DNA from: Minisyncoccota bacterium
Lineage (GTDB): Bacteria > Patescibacteriota > Minisyncoccia > Phycocordibacterales > VMEP01
DNA: 55,662 nt
Assembly (NCBI GenBank): GCA_041659085.1
Contig: JBAZYZ010000002.1
Location: forward strand, 1 to 55,662
Direction of reading: 5' to 3'
Shown here in pieces: positions 41,593-51,199 of this stretch. Position 1 is the stretch's first letter, and the number at the start of each line of letters is the position of its first letter. Position numbers and translations under genes: made by a program. The notes under the pieces were generated by a model, which ran no database searches, was not told where the DNA came from, and was given only the letters and a program-made list of their open reading frames with translations.

Positions 41593-44500
41593 ATGGAAGA
41601 AAAGCATAAAGAGAAGAATTCACGGGAAGTAAAAAAATCAGAAGTGGCGCTTGCGGAAGAGCGCATTTTGGCCAATTGGCAAAAAAAAGGGATACATCAA
41701 AAAATTATGGATAAAACCCGTGAGGGGAAGCCGTTTGTTTTTTATGATGGACCGCCTTTTGCCACCGGCGAGCCGCATTACGGGCATGTTCTGGCGGGGA
41801 CCATTAAGGATACAATCCCAAGGTATCGGACCATGATGGGGCATTATGTAAGGCGGCAGTGGGGTTGGGATTGTCATGGTTTGCCGCTTGAAAACATAAT
41901 TGAAAAAGAGCTAAAGCTTGAGCACAAGAAAGACATTGAGGAATATGGCATAGAAAATTTCAACGAAGCGGCGCGTAAAGCGGTTCTACGCTTTGATTCA
42001 AACTGGAAAGAAATAATTCCCCGGATGGGGCGGATGGTGGATATGGACTTGTCGTATAAGACGATGGACGCCACTTATAGCGAATCAATCTGGTGGGCTT
42101 TTAAGACGCTTTACGACAAAGGCTTGATATATGAGGGGCATAAAATAATGTACGTTTGCCCGAGGTGCGAAACGCCTCTCGCTCAGATTGAGGTCGCTCA
42201 GGGTTATAAAGACGTGACTGACATATCCGTTACTGTGAAGTTTGAATTGTCCGCCGATCCGGGGGTTTACCTGCTCGCTTGGACCACGACGCCGTGGACA
42301 TTGCCCGGGAATACGGCGCTTGCTGTTAATCCCGACATTGAGTACGTGAAAGTAAGGGTTGACGGGGAATACTATATTTTGGCCAAGGACCGTCTTTTAA
42401 TACTGAATACCGAATACGAGATACTGAGCACCTTCCATGGACGCGAACTCGTTGGCAAATCATATATTCCTCCGTTTGATTATTATGTGAATGATAACGA
42501 AATTGAAAACCACAACAGAGGTTGGAAAATTTACGGCGCGGATTTCGTAACCGCGGACAGCGGCACCGGCATCGCCCACGAAGCTCCGGCTTTCGGCGCT
42601 GAGGATATGGAGCTCTCAAAAAAGGAAAATATTCCGGTCATTCAGCATGTCTCCATGGACGGCAAGTTTAAACCGGAGGTGAAGGATTTCGCGGGACAAT
42701 ACGTGAAGCAGAAAGGGGACACCCAATCAGCAGACATAGAAGTAATAAAATATTTGGCGCATAAAGGCTTACTGTTCAGCAAAGAAAAAATTGTTCACTC
42801 GTATCCCTTGTGCTGGAGATGCGACACTCCGCTTCTAAACTACGCCACTCCGTCTTGGTTTGTGAAGACGACGGCTATAAGCGATAGAGTAGTTTCAGAA
42901 AATAAGAAAGTTGGCTGGATCCCGGAGCATATAGGCGGTGGACGCTTTGGCAAATGGCTTGAGAACCCGCGCGACTGGGCGATTTCCCGTTCCAGGTTCT
43001 GGGGTGCTCCGCTTCCCATATGGAAATGCGCCGAATGCGAAAAAGTCGACGCTTTCGGAAGCGTGGCTGAGCTTTCGGAGAAGGTTCCCCCGTCCGGTAA
43101 TCGCTATATCGTTATCCGGCACGGTCAGTCTGAAAGCAATGCTTTGGGCATGGTCAACTGTGACCCATTCAAGGAGGACCATGTGACGGACAAAGGCAGA
43201 GGGCAGGTAGAAGAGGCGGCAGAACAGTTAAAAAAGGATGGGATAAAAATAGACAGGATCATCTCGTCGGATTTTATGCGTACCCGCGAAACCGCGGAGA
43301 TGGTTGCCGAAATACTTGACGTTCCCGCCGAACACATTGTTTTTGACCCGCGGTTCCGCGAGATAAACACAGGTATCTTCCACGACAAAACTCGCGCCGA
43401 ATATCATGATTTCTTCGTTTCATACGCCGAAAAATTTAAAAAGACGCCGAAGGGAGGAGAAAATTTGCTTGATGTGAAGCGACGCGTTCTCCTGGGTGTC
43501 GGAGACCTTGAAAAAACTTATCGCGGCGAGACAATACTTATTGTCACTCACGAATATGCGGCTTGGATGCTCGCTTCTGCGGCTAAGGGCGCCACAATAG
43601 AGGAGTCTGTCCGGATGAAAAGCGAACGTGGGGAGGATTTTCTGGGGAATGCCGAAACAGAAGAACTAAAATGGAAGCTTATACCGAGGAACAGGGTGGG
43701 CGAGCTTGATTTGCACCGCCCGTATATAGACGAGATTGTTTACGACTGTTCCTGTGGCGGAACGATGAGGCGAATCCCCGACGTGTTTGACTGCTGGTTT
43801 GAGTCCGGTTCCATGCCCTATGCCCAGTTCCACTATCCGTTTGAGAACGAGAAGGAGTTCAGAAGGAATTTCCCGGCTGATTTTATCGCCGAAGGGATGG
43901 ACCAGACTCGCGGCTGGTTTTACAGCCTGCTGATTCTGGGTGTCGGGCTTTTCGGCGAGTCGCCATACAAAAATGTCATCGTAAACGGAATTATTCTCGC
44001 TGAAGACGGGCAGAAGATGTCCAAGCGCCTGAAGAATTATCCCGACCCGATTGAAGTGGTCAACAGATACGGGGCCGACTCCCTGCGCTACTTCCTTTTG
44101 TCGTCTCCTCTTATGCGTGGTGAGGACGTAAGCTTTTCGGAGAAAGGAGTGGATGAGGTCTATAAGAAAAATATCGCTCGTTTGAATAATGTTTATGCTT
44201 TTTATGAACTCTATCGCGGAGCGGAAGAGGGGAATGCGGATTCAAAAAATATTTTGGACAGATGGATTTTGGCAAGACTGAGTCAGATGATTAACGAAAC
44301 AACCTCCGCGCTGGATTCATATGAGCTCGACAGGGCTACAAAGCCAATCGGCGAATTTATAGACGACCTTTCCACGTGGTATATACGGCGTTCACGCGAA
44401 CGGTTCAAGGGGGATGACGAGGCGGATAAAAAATCCGCGCTTGAGACGACAAATTACACGCTTATGGAACTTTCAAAAGTCGTCGCGCCGTTTATGCCGT

Positions 44501-45057
44501 TTATCGCCGACGACTTGTATCTGAAAGTGGCTGGCGGCAAAAAAGAGGAGAGTGTGCATCTAGAGAAGTGGCCGGAAGCGAAGGAATTAAATGATGAAAG
44601 CAGGGAAATAATAGAGGAAATGAGAAAAGCTCGAGAGGTTGTTTCATTGGGACTGGAAGAGCGTGCTAAGCATGGAATTAAAGTACGGCAACCCCTTCGC
44701 ATGTTAAGTACAACAGCTGCTTTTTCTGACGGGTATAATATTATTATTGGGGAGGAGCTCAATGTTAAAGAGGTCAAGTGGGACAAGAATCTGCCTACCA
44801 TTCTCGCACTTGATGTTGAAATTACTCAGGAACTCAAAGAAGAGGGCAACGTGCGCGACATAATCCGCGCCATTCAGGAATTCAGGAAGAATGAGGGACT
44901 TACTCCAAATGATAAAGTGGCCATTGAAATTTCCGCGCCCAAAGAAACAATCGCGCTTGTTGAAAAACACGGAGGGGAACTTAAAAAAGCCGCCATGCTT
45001 ACGGGCATAGAGGTCAAAACAGGAAAAGAGATTTCTTTTGTTGTCTTGAGAAAATGA
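41593..45057 (+). CDS. ileS: Isoleucine--tRNA ligase (type 2) carrying an inserted histidine-phosphatase domain
   Basis: 1154 aa. PPFATGEPHYGHVLAG (HIGH), CP1 editing domain TTPWTLPGN, KMSKRLKN. About 200 extra aa lie between PIWKCAEC and DLHRPYID. Confidence 0.93.
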   Translation: MEEKHKEKNSREVKKSEVALAEERILANWQKKGIHQKIMDKTREGKPFVFYDGPPFATGEPHYGHVLAGTIKDTIPRYRTMMGHYVRRQWGWDCHGLPLENIIEKELKLEHKKDIEEYGIENFNEAARKAVLRFDSNWKEIIPRMGRMVDMDLSYKTMDATYSESIWWAFKTLYDKGLIYEGHKIMYVCPRCETPLAQIEVAQGYKDVTDISVTVKFELSADPGVYLLAWTTTPWTLPGNTALAVNPDIEYVKVRVDGEYYILAKDRLLILNTEYEILSTFHGRELVGKSYIPPFDYYVNDNEIENHNRGWKIYGADFVTADSGTGIAHEAPAFGAEDMELSKKENIPVIQHVSMDGKFKPEVKDFAGQYVKQKGDTQSADIEVIKYLAHKGLLFSKEKIVHSYPLCWRCDTPLLNYATPSWFVKTTAISDRVVSENKKVGWIPEHIGGGRFGKWLENPRDWAISRSRFWGAPLPIWKCAECEKVDAFGSVAELSEKVPPSGNRYIVIRHGQSESNALGMVNCDPFKEDHVTDKGRGQVEEAAEQLKKDGIKIDRIISSDFMRTRETAEMVAEILDVPAEHIVFDPRFREINTGIFHDKTRAEYHDFFVSYAEKFKKTPKGGENLLDVKRRVLLGVGDLEKTYRGETILIVTHEYAAWMLASAAKGATIEESVRMKSERGEDFLGNAETEELKWKLIPRNRVGELDLHRPYIDEIVYDCSCGGTMRRIPDVFDCWFESGSMPYAQFHYPFENEKEFRRNFPADFIAEGMDQTRGWFYSLLILGVGLFGESPYKNVIVNGIILAEDGQKMSKRLKNYPDPIEVVNRYGADSLRYFLLSSPLMRGEDVSFSEKGVDEVYKKNIARLNNVYAFYELYRGAEEGNADSKNILDRWILARLSQMINETTSALDSYELDRATKPIGEFIDDLSTWYIRRSRERFKGDDEADKKSALETTNYTLMELSKVVAPFMPFIADDLYLKVAGGKKEESVHLEKWPEAKELNDESREIIEEMRKAREVVSLGLEERAKHGIKVRQPLRMLSTTAAFSDGYNIIIGEELNVKEVKWDKNLPTILALDVEITQELKEEGNVRDIIRAIQEFRKNEGLTPNDKVAIEISAPKETIALVEKHGGELKKAAMLTGIEVKTGKEISFVVLRK
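43090..43700 (+). other. Histidine phosphatase (PGAM/CobC-like) domain inserted in IleRS
   Basis: RYIVIRHGQSESN (RHG codons 43117-43125, in frame). ...ISSDFMRTRETA... ILIVTHEYAAWML is the second catalytic His motif. Confidence 0.75.
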
Positions 45058-45632
45058 AAAAACGAGTATTTATAATACACGGGTGGGATGGTTATCCGGA
45101 AGAAGGATGTTTCCCTTGGCTGAAGAAAGAGTTGGAGAATAGGGGTTTCTCTGTTTTTAACCCAGCGATGCCGGAACCGTTAAATCCGCGGATAGAAACA
45201 TGGGTTCCGTTTCTGGCGAAGCAAGTGGGTGTTCCGGATCAAAATACTATTTTACTCGGGCATTCCATAGGTGCTCAGACAGTACTGAGATACCTGGAAT
45301 CTTTTGGTGGAAATGCAAAAGTTGGCGGAGTTGTGCTTTTAGCGGGATGGGTCCATCTTACCGACGAAGCGTATGAGGATAAAGAGGACTTAAACATTGC
45401 CTTGCCCTGGCTTGAAAAAGCAATAAACTGGGATAAGGTAAGACCTTGTGCCGGTAAATTTGTCGGTATATTCTCTGACAATGATGAATTAGTACCACTG
45501 ACAGACTCAGAAATTTTTAGGGAAAAACTGGGTGCTCAGATCATAATTGAGCACAACAAAGGCCATTTTAGCGGAGAAGACGGGGTTACTGAATTACCCT
45601 CCGCCCTCCAAGCGATTTTGGATTTTAACTGA
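45054..45632 (+). CDS. Alpha/beta hydrolase, YdeN/RBBP9-like serine hydrolase
   Basis: 192 aa. FIIHGWDGYPEEGCFPWLKKEL. Nucleophile elbow GHSIG. ATGA overlap with the ileS stop. Confidence 0.75.
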   Translation: MKKRVFIIHGWDGYPEEGCFPWLKKELENRGFSVFNPAMPEPLNPRIETWVPFLAKQVGVPDQNTILLGHSIGAQTVLRYLESFGGNAKVGGVVLLAGWVHLTDEAYEDKEDLNIALPWLEKAINWDKVRPCAGKFVGIFSDNDELVPLTDSEIFREKLGAQIIIEHNKGHFSGEDGVTELPSALQAILDFN

Positions 45633-45644
45633 GACTTTAATATA

Positions 45645-46223
45645 ATGTCTCACTTTATCTATCGAACAGAAGCAATAATTTTGGGTGAGATGCCTAGTGG
45701 AGAAGATAATCGGCTGTATTTTTTGTTGACCGACGAACTTGGTTTCGTTATGGCCCAGGCCACCGGGGTGCGGCTTTTGAAATCCAAACTGCGTTTTCAT
45801 CTGTCGCTTTTTGCCAATGTGGACGTGGAGATGGTTCGCGGAAAAAATATCTGGCGAATTGTTAACGTTTACGGCAGGGAATCAAAAGTTTTTTTCAGAA
45901 CTCCCCACGCGGTTGTTTTTGCGCGTCTATCGGGGCTTGTCCGCCGCCTTGTTCATGGCGAGGAAGATAATAAAAAGCTTTTTAACGAAGTAAAGGGTGC
46001 TCGCGCGGTGTTGTCAGAAAATAATTTATCCCCGGAAGAGGAAGCAAATCTTGAGCTTGTGTCGGTGGCAAGGATTTTGGAAACACTCGGTTATTTCAGC
46101 GCCGGTAGATATGAGCCGATTTTGGCGGGTGCAATGAGCCGCGACACAGCTTCCATGGTCATTCCATTCCGCCGCGAGCTTACAAGGGATATAAACGAAG
46201 CGCTTAAGGAGAGCCAACTTTAA
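45645..46223 (+). CDS. recO: DNA repair protein RecO (short form)
   Basis: 192 aa. YRTEAIILGEMPSGEDNRLYFLLTDELGFV.AQA.G.R..KSKLR OB-fold start. Confidence 0.75.
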   Translation: MSHFIYRTEAIILGEMPSGEDNRLYFLLTDELGFVMAQATGVRLLKSKLRFHLSLFANVDVEMVRGKNIWRIVNVYGRESKVFFRTPHAVVFARLSGLVRRLVHGEEDNKKLFNEVKGARAVLSENNLSPEEEANLELVSVARILETLGYFSAGRYEPILAGAMSRDTASMVIPFRRELTRDINEALKESQL

Positions 46224-46279
46224 ACATTTTAGCGCCGGAATGTTTTCCTTCAATCCGCAATTCGGGTTATAATTGACAA

Positions 46280-48244
46280 ATGCTTGACCACAACAGAAAG
46301 AATGGCAGTGATTCCATAGAAGAGCTAAAAAAGCGACTTTATGCGCGCGGTAGTATGGGCAGAAGGTCTCTCAGGAAGGGCGGGCTTGAAGAACACGAAG
46401 AAGATATCGGCAGTGAGTGGAAAAAAGACGCTTTAATCTATTCAAACGAGTCTGATGAACCCACCGAGGAAAAAATAAGAATGGGAACATTTAAAAAATT
46501 TTTTATAGCATCATCCATATTTTTTATGATGGCTTTGGCATACGCGGCCTACCAGTTTCTTGGCGGCGGAAATATCGTTTCGGCCAAAAATATAAATATA
46601 ACGGTATTCGGCCCGTCATTTGCCTCGGGAGGGGATGAGATTTCTCTGCAGGTTTCTGTTGAGAACCGCAACAATGTCCCGCTTGAATTTGCGGAAATTT
46701 TGATAGAGTACCCGAGAGGAGCAGCAAGCGCTAACGCTTCCTCCACTTTGGATTTAGTCAGAAAACAAATCACACTCAAGAAAATTCCCGCGGGTGGGAC
46801 TCATCAGGAGGTGGTTAAGGTTGTGCTATACGGAGAAGAGGGCGGGCAGCAAAACATAAAGTTTACATTGGAATACCGGACACAAGGTTCCAACGCGATT
46901 TTCCAAAAAGAAAGCATTTACCCGGTTAAAATAAGTTCTGCGCCCATTAATCTTTTTTTGGATTCTCCGAAAGAGGTTAACTCTGGGCAAAATCTTTCCC
47001 TTAGGATAAAAGTATCGTCAAATGCCCCCAAAGACGTGGCTGATGTTCTGCTGGGAGTTGATTACCCTCCTGGATTTTTGTTTAAGACATCCGATCCTGC
47101 GCCGACATACGGTAATAATGTCTGGCGTTTGGGAGATTTCCACACAGGAAGTGACAGGGCGATTTCCATAACAGGCGTTCTCTCCGGTGAAAACGGGGAA
47201 GATCGGACCTTTCGCCTGCTCACAGGCTCCGCTTCTGTGGACGATGAGAAGACTATTGGCGTAATTTATAATTCTGTTTTTCAGACAATTTCCATAAAAC
47301 GCGCGTTTTTGGATGCCGTGGTGTATCTGAACGGAGACTCCGCTCAAAAACAAAATATGGCTGTTCCTTCAGGTCGTGAGGTGGTCGGCTCTTTAGTGTG
47401 GCGTAATAATTTGCCGACACGAATAACTAACGCCGAAATAAGTTTGAAATTTTCCGGCAACGCCATTGACCGCAGCACCATCTCATCCCAAAACGGGTTT
47501 TACAATTCTTCGGAGGGCACGCTTGTATGGAACATGAATAACTACGGCAATTTCCAGGTAATTGAACCCGGGGAAACAGGCCAGTTCCCGTTTTATTTCA
47601 GACCGCTACCGCTCTACTCGTCCCAAAATGGCATGTTAAACGAGCCACAGGTGGTTATTGAAACGACGGTAAAGGGCAATGTCAACACAAGCAACGCCGG
47701 CGGAGGAGATGTTTCCGTCACCACAAGCAATGTTGCCAAAGTTTTGTCTGATTTGCAGGTTCTTTCGCGGGCTGCGTATTTTTCCGGCTCATTAAATAAT
47801 ACCGGGCCGATACCGCCGGTCGCGGAAAAGGAAACTACATACACAGTCTCTTGGAGCGTTATGAATTCGGCCAATGATGTTACCGGCGCTTCAATCACTA
47901 CAGTTTTGCCGCTGTATGTCGGCTGGGCTAACCAGGTTTCTTCCGCCAACGAAGATGTTTCTTATGACGTGACAAGCCGCAAGGTAACTTGGCGGTTGGG
48001 TACGGTGTCTTCCGGAACAGGATACGGAAGCGTCGCCCGCGAAGTGAGCTTTCAGGTCAGGCTTACTCCCTCCATCCAGCATGTCGGGAATTGGGTTAAC
48101 CTTACCGGAGACACGGTTCTTTCCGGAGTTGATTCATTTGCCAAAGAATCGATAGAGAGCGTTAAAAATCCGCTTACCACGATTTTAAGCAACGATTCCG
48201 GTTTCAGAACCGGCGATGAAATTGTAATGCCGCCGTCAAAATGA
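46280..48244 (+). CDS. Large membrane-anchored surface protein (repeated beta-sandwich-like modules)
   Basis: 654 aa. Charged N-terminus, one TM helix (FFIASSIFFMMALAYAAYQFL), then a Ser/Thr/Asn/Val-rich ectodomain. Coordinates are taken from the ORF track. Confidence 0.55.
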   Translation: MLDHNRKNGSDSIEELKKRLYARGSMGRRSLRKGGLEEHEEDIGSEWKKDALIYSNESDEPTEEKIRMGTFKKFFIASSIFFMMALAYAAYQFLGGGNIVSAKNINITVFGPSFASGGDEISLQVSVENRNNVPLEFAEILIEYPRGAASANASSTLDLVRKQITLKKIPAGGTHQEVVKVVLYGEEGGQQNIKFTLEYRTQGSNAIFQKESIYPVKISSAPINLFLDSPKEVNSGQNLSLRIKVSSNAPKDVADVLLGVDYPPGFLFKTSDPAPTYGNNVWRLGDFHTGSDRAISITGVLSGENGEDRTFRLLTGSASVDDEKTIGVIYNSVFQTISIKRAFLDAVVYLNGDSAQKQNMAVPSGREVVGSLVWRNNLPTRITNAEISLKFSGNAIDRSTISSQNGFYNSSEGTLVWNMNNYGNFQVIEPGETGQFPFYFRPLPLYSSQNGMLNEPQVVIETTVKGNVNTSNAGGGDVSVTTSNVAKVLSDLQVLSRAAYFSGSLNNTGPIPPVAEKETTYTVSWSVMNSANDVTGASITTVLPLYVGWANQVSSANEDVSYDVTSRKVTWRLGTVSSGTGYGSVAREVSFQVRLTPSIQHVGNWVNLTGDTVLSGVDSFAKESIESVKNPLTTILSNDSGFRTGDEIVMPPSK

Positions 48245-48371
48245 CCCCATTAGAAGTTCGCTTTATAATGTGGTAATGTTTTTGTAACGAAAGTAAAAAA
48301 GCCTGACGGTCGCCCTCGACTGTTTTTGCTTGAAAGAATGAGTTTCTGGCGCGGCAAATAGGACAAAGAAC

Positions 48372-49715
48372 ATGAATAAACAGGCAGAATCAAAGATGGA
48401 AAAAATAGTATCGCTTTGCAAAAGGCGAGGTTTTATATTTCAAGGTTCGGAAATCTACGGAGGGCTTGCGGGCATATATGACTACGGACCGCTAGGGGTT
48501 GAATTGCGCCACAATATCAAACAGCATTTTTGGAAAAAATTTATTACGGAAAGGGATGACGTTTACGGCATGAGTGCCGCCATACTGATGCCTGAACGGG
48601 TGTGGGAAGCTTCCGGCCATACGGAATTGTTTACTGACCCGCTTGTTGAGTGCAAGCTTTGCCATGAGCGCGTCCGGGCGGATCAGCCGGAAGTTATTTC
48701 AGACCATGAGGAGAAGCATAAGAAAGAAAAGAAAATAGCGGAGTGGTCTGAACCGGGAGTATTCAATCTGCTTGTTGAAACCAAACTTGGAGCATCGGAA
48801 AAGTCTGCCACACCGGTTTATCTGCGCGGAGAAATAACGCAGGGTGTTCACGTCAATTTCAAAAATGTTTTGGATTCAATGCACCCCAAGCTGCCGTTTG
48901 GCATAGGGCAGATAGGCAAAGCGTTTCGCAACGAAATCACTCCGCGCGATTTTCTCTTCCGCCAGCGCGAATTTGAGCAGATGGAAATACAGTATTACAT
49001 TAAACCCGACGAGCAGATTGGCGGAGAAGTCTTTGAAGAATGGAAGCATCATGCCTTGGAATGGTATTACAGCTTGGGATTTGCCAAGGATAACTTGAGA
49101 TTACGGCAGCATGAACTAAACGAGCGCGCTCATTATGCCAAGGATGCCTGGGATATTGAATACAATACCCCTTTTGCCGGGTGGAAAGAGGCTTGGGGTA
49201 TACACCATCGCGGTGACTGGGACTTGCGGAGGCATAGCGAATATTCCGGCGTTGATTTGTCATATCGCGACGAGGAAACGGGGGAGAGGTACATGCCGTG
49301 GGATATTGAATGTTCCGGCGGAGTTGACCGCGCAGTTTTGTTTGTGCTGCTTGAAGCCTACACCGAAGACGAGATGAATGGCGAACTCCGGTCATATCTC
49401 AAATTCCATCCGCGCGTTGCTCCAGTCAAGGCGGCGGTATTTCCGCTTCTTAAAAATAAGCCCGAGCTCGTGGAAAAAGCGCGCGGTGTTTACGATATGC
49501 TCAAAAAAGAAATCGGCGGGGTGGTGTTTGACGACAACGGCAATATTGGCAAGCGTTATCGCCGCCAGGATGAAATAGGCACACCTTACTGCGTGACGGT
49601 TGATTTTGACACGCTCGGTAATGACACGGTTACTTTGCGCGACCGCGACACCGGGAAGCAGGAGCGTATGAAAACCTCCGAGCTTGTTTCGTTCGTCCGC
49701 GAAGCGATAAAATAG
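48372..49715 (+). CDS. glyQS: Glycine--tRNA ligase (class II, homodimeric type)
   Basis: 447 aa. RRGFIFQGSEIYGGLAGIYDYGPLG, FRNEITPRDFLFRQREFEQME, C-terminal anticodon-binding domain. Confidence 0.93.
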   Translation: MNKQAESKMEKIVSLCKRRGFIFQGSEIYGGLAGIYDYGPLGVELRHNIKQHFWKKFITERDDVYGMSAAILMPERVWEASGHTELFTDPLVECKLCHERVRADQPEVISDHEEKHKKEKKIAEWSEPGVFNLLVETKLGASEKSATPVYLRGEITQGVHVNFKNVLDSMHPKLPFGIGQIGKAFRNEITPRDFLFRQREFEQMEIQYYIKPDEQIGGEVFEEWKHHALEWYYSLGFAKDNLRLRQHELNERAHYAKDAWDIEYNTPFAGWKEAWGIHHRGDWDLRRHSEYSGVDLSYRDEETGERYMPWDIECSGGVDRAVLFVLLEAYTEDEMNGELRSYLKFHPRVAPVKAAVFPLLKNKPELVEKARGVYDMLKKEIGGVVFDDNGNIGKRYRRQDEIGTPYCVTVDFDTLGNDTVTLRDRDTGKQERMKTSELVSFVREAIK

Positions 49716-49726
49716 CCTGGTATTTC

Positions 49727-49766
49727 CCAACTTGGAGGCTCAGCCTCCAAGTTGGCTTTCTTTTAT
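49727..49766 (+). terminator. Strong intrinsic terminator after glyQS
   Basis: CCAACTTGGAGGC-tca-GCCTCCAAGTTGG: 13-bp perfect stem followed by ctttcttttattt. Confidence 0.9.
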
Positions 49767-49783
49767 TTGTTAATGATTAATTT

Positions 49784-51052
49784 ATGCGTTTCAAAAAGAC
49801 AACGCTCAAAAACGGACTTCGCATAATCACCGTGCCCATGAAGGACAACCCGACCGTCACGGTGCTTGTCTTGGTTGAGGCCGGCTCAAAATACGAAACC
49901 AAAGAAATAAACGGAATCTCCCATTTCCTTGAACACATGTGCTTCAAGGGAACAACCAAGCGTCCAACCAATATGATTATTTCCGGAGAGCTTGATAGTA
50001 TCGGCTCGCATTACAATGCTTTTACCAGCCATGAATACACCGGGTATTACGCCAAAGCCGAGGCTAAACATTTTTCCAAGATTCTTGATGTTGTTTCTGA
50101 CATTTATTTGAACCCTCTTTTTGATGACAGTGAGATTGAAAAGGAAAAAGGGGTTATTTCCGATGAAATAAGCATGTATGAAGATTTGCCCGGGCGTAAG
50201 GTCGGGAATGTTTTCATGGATTTGCTGTATGGAGACCAGCCCGCCGGTTGGCCCATAACCGGAAAGCCGGAAGTGGTGAGAAAATTTAAGAAAAAGGATT
50301 TTATCGGCTACCGCAGGAAGCATTACGTCGCCAAAGGGACGTTGGTGGTTGTGGCGGGTAATATAAACGAGAAAGAGGCAATTTCAGCGATAAAGGATAA
50401 GTTTACGGGCATTTCTTCCGCGCCGAAGGGAAAGAAAGTGAAAGTTAAAGAGCCGCAAACATCCCCACAAATTTCCTTATTTAATAAAAATACGGACCAG
50501 ACGCATCTTTTGTTGGGAGTCCGCTCGTTCGACACATACAACAGGAATAATTTTGCCCTGGCCGTTCTCTCCGGCGTTTTGAGCGCCGGGATGAGTTCGC
50601 GTTTGTTTCAGAAAATCAGGAATGAAATGGGCGTAGGATATCGCATTGGCGCCGAGAATGATTCTTACACGGATCACGGCATCTTTGAGGTTTCAACGGG
50701 TGTGGACAATAAACGTGTGGTTGAAGTTGTCTCCGCCATAATGGCCGAGCTTAAAAAGCTGAAGGAAGAAAAAGTCAGAGAGGAAGAGCTCAGGAAGGTA
50801 AAGGACAACCTGATGGGCAGTATGATTTTGGGGCTGGAGTCCTCTGACTCGTTGGCCGAGTTTTACGGCATACAGGAAATAATGAGGAAGCCGATTCTGG
50901 AACCTTCCGATATGGAAAAGAAAATAAACGCCATAACTGCGGGGGACATTCAAAGGGTTGCCAATTTAATCTTCGTAAATAAATGTCTCAATCTGGCGTT
51001 AGTGGGGCCATTTAAAGAAAAGAACGTTTTTGCCGGGGTACTTAAGTTTTGA
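49784..51052 (+). CDS. M16 family (pitrilysin/insulinase-like) zinc peptidase
   Basis: 422 aa. HFLEHMCFKGT (HxxEH). Confidence 0.88.
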   Translation: MRFKKTTLKNGLRIITVPMKDNPTVTVLVLVEAGSKYETKEINGISHFLEHMCFKGTTKRPTNMIISGELDSIGSHYNAFTSHEYTGYYAKAEAKHFSKILDVVSDIYLNPLFDDSEIEKEKGVISDEISMYEDLPGRKVGNVFMDLLYGDQPAGWPITGKPEVVRKFKKKDFIGYRRKHYVAKGTLVVVAGNINEKEAISAIKDKFTGISSAPKGKKVKVKEPQTSPQISLFNKNTDQTHLLLGVRSFDTYNRNNFALAVLSGVLSAGMSSRLFQKIRNEMGVGYRIGAENDSYTDHGIFEVSTGVDNKRVVEVVSAIMAELKKLKEEKVREEELRKVKDNLMGSMILGLESSDSLAEFYGIQEIMRKPILEPSDMEKKINAITAGDIQRVANLIFVNKCLNLALVGPFKEKNVFAGVLKF

Positions 51053-51199
51053 TATTTCGTATTCGCGGAAACCGTGTTTTTGTATTTTTGCAAACATCCC
51101 CAAAACCCTGCGCCCGCTTATGTTTTACCGGCTGCTTCAAGTCTCCGAGTCGCTTCACCCAAGCTTCACATAAGCGCCCTCTTCGTATAGTATTAGGTC

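Noticed and set aside
46279-46322. An apparent 1-nt discrepancy. By my hand count the ATG of the 654-aa ORF sits at 46279, and an extra A near 46321 seemed to shift the frame.
   Set aside because: The ORF track is computed from the same sequence and gives one continuous frame (46280-48244). Neighbouring coordinates, such as the recO stop at 46223 and downstream codons from 46322, check out. I treat this as my own counting error in A-runs, not a frameshift or pseudogene.
51100-51180. An inverted repeat (CGCTTATG...CATAAGCG) upstream of the AI-2E transporter gene, considered as a possible riboswitch or operator.
   Set aside because: There is only an 8-bp long-range pairing with a ~45-nt unstructured loop, and I recognise no known riboswitch core. 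This is insufficient evidence.
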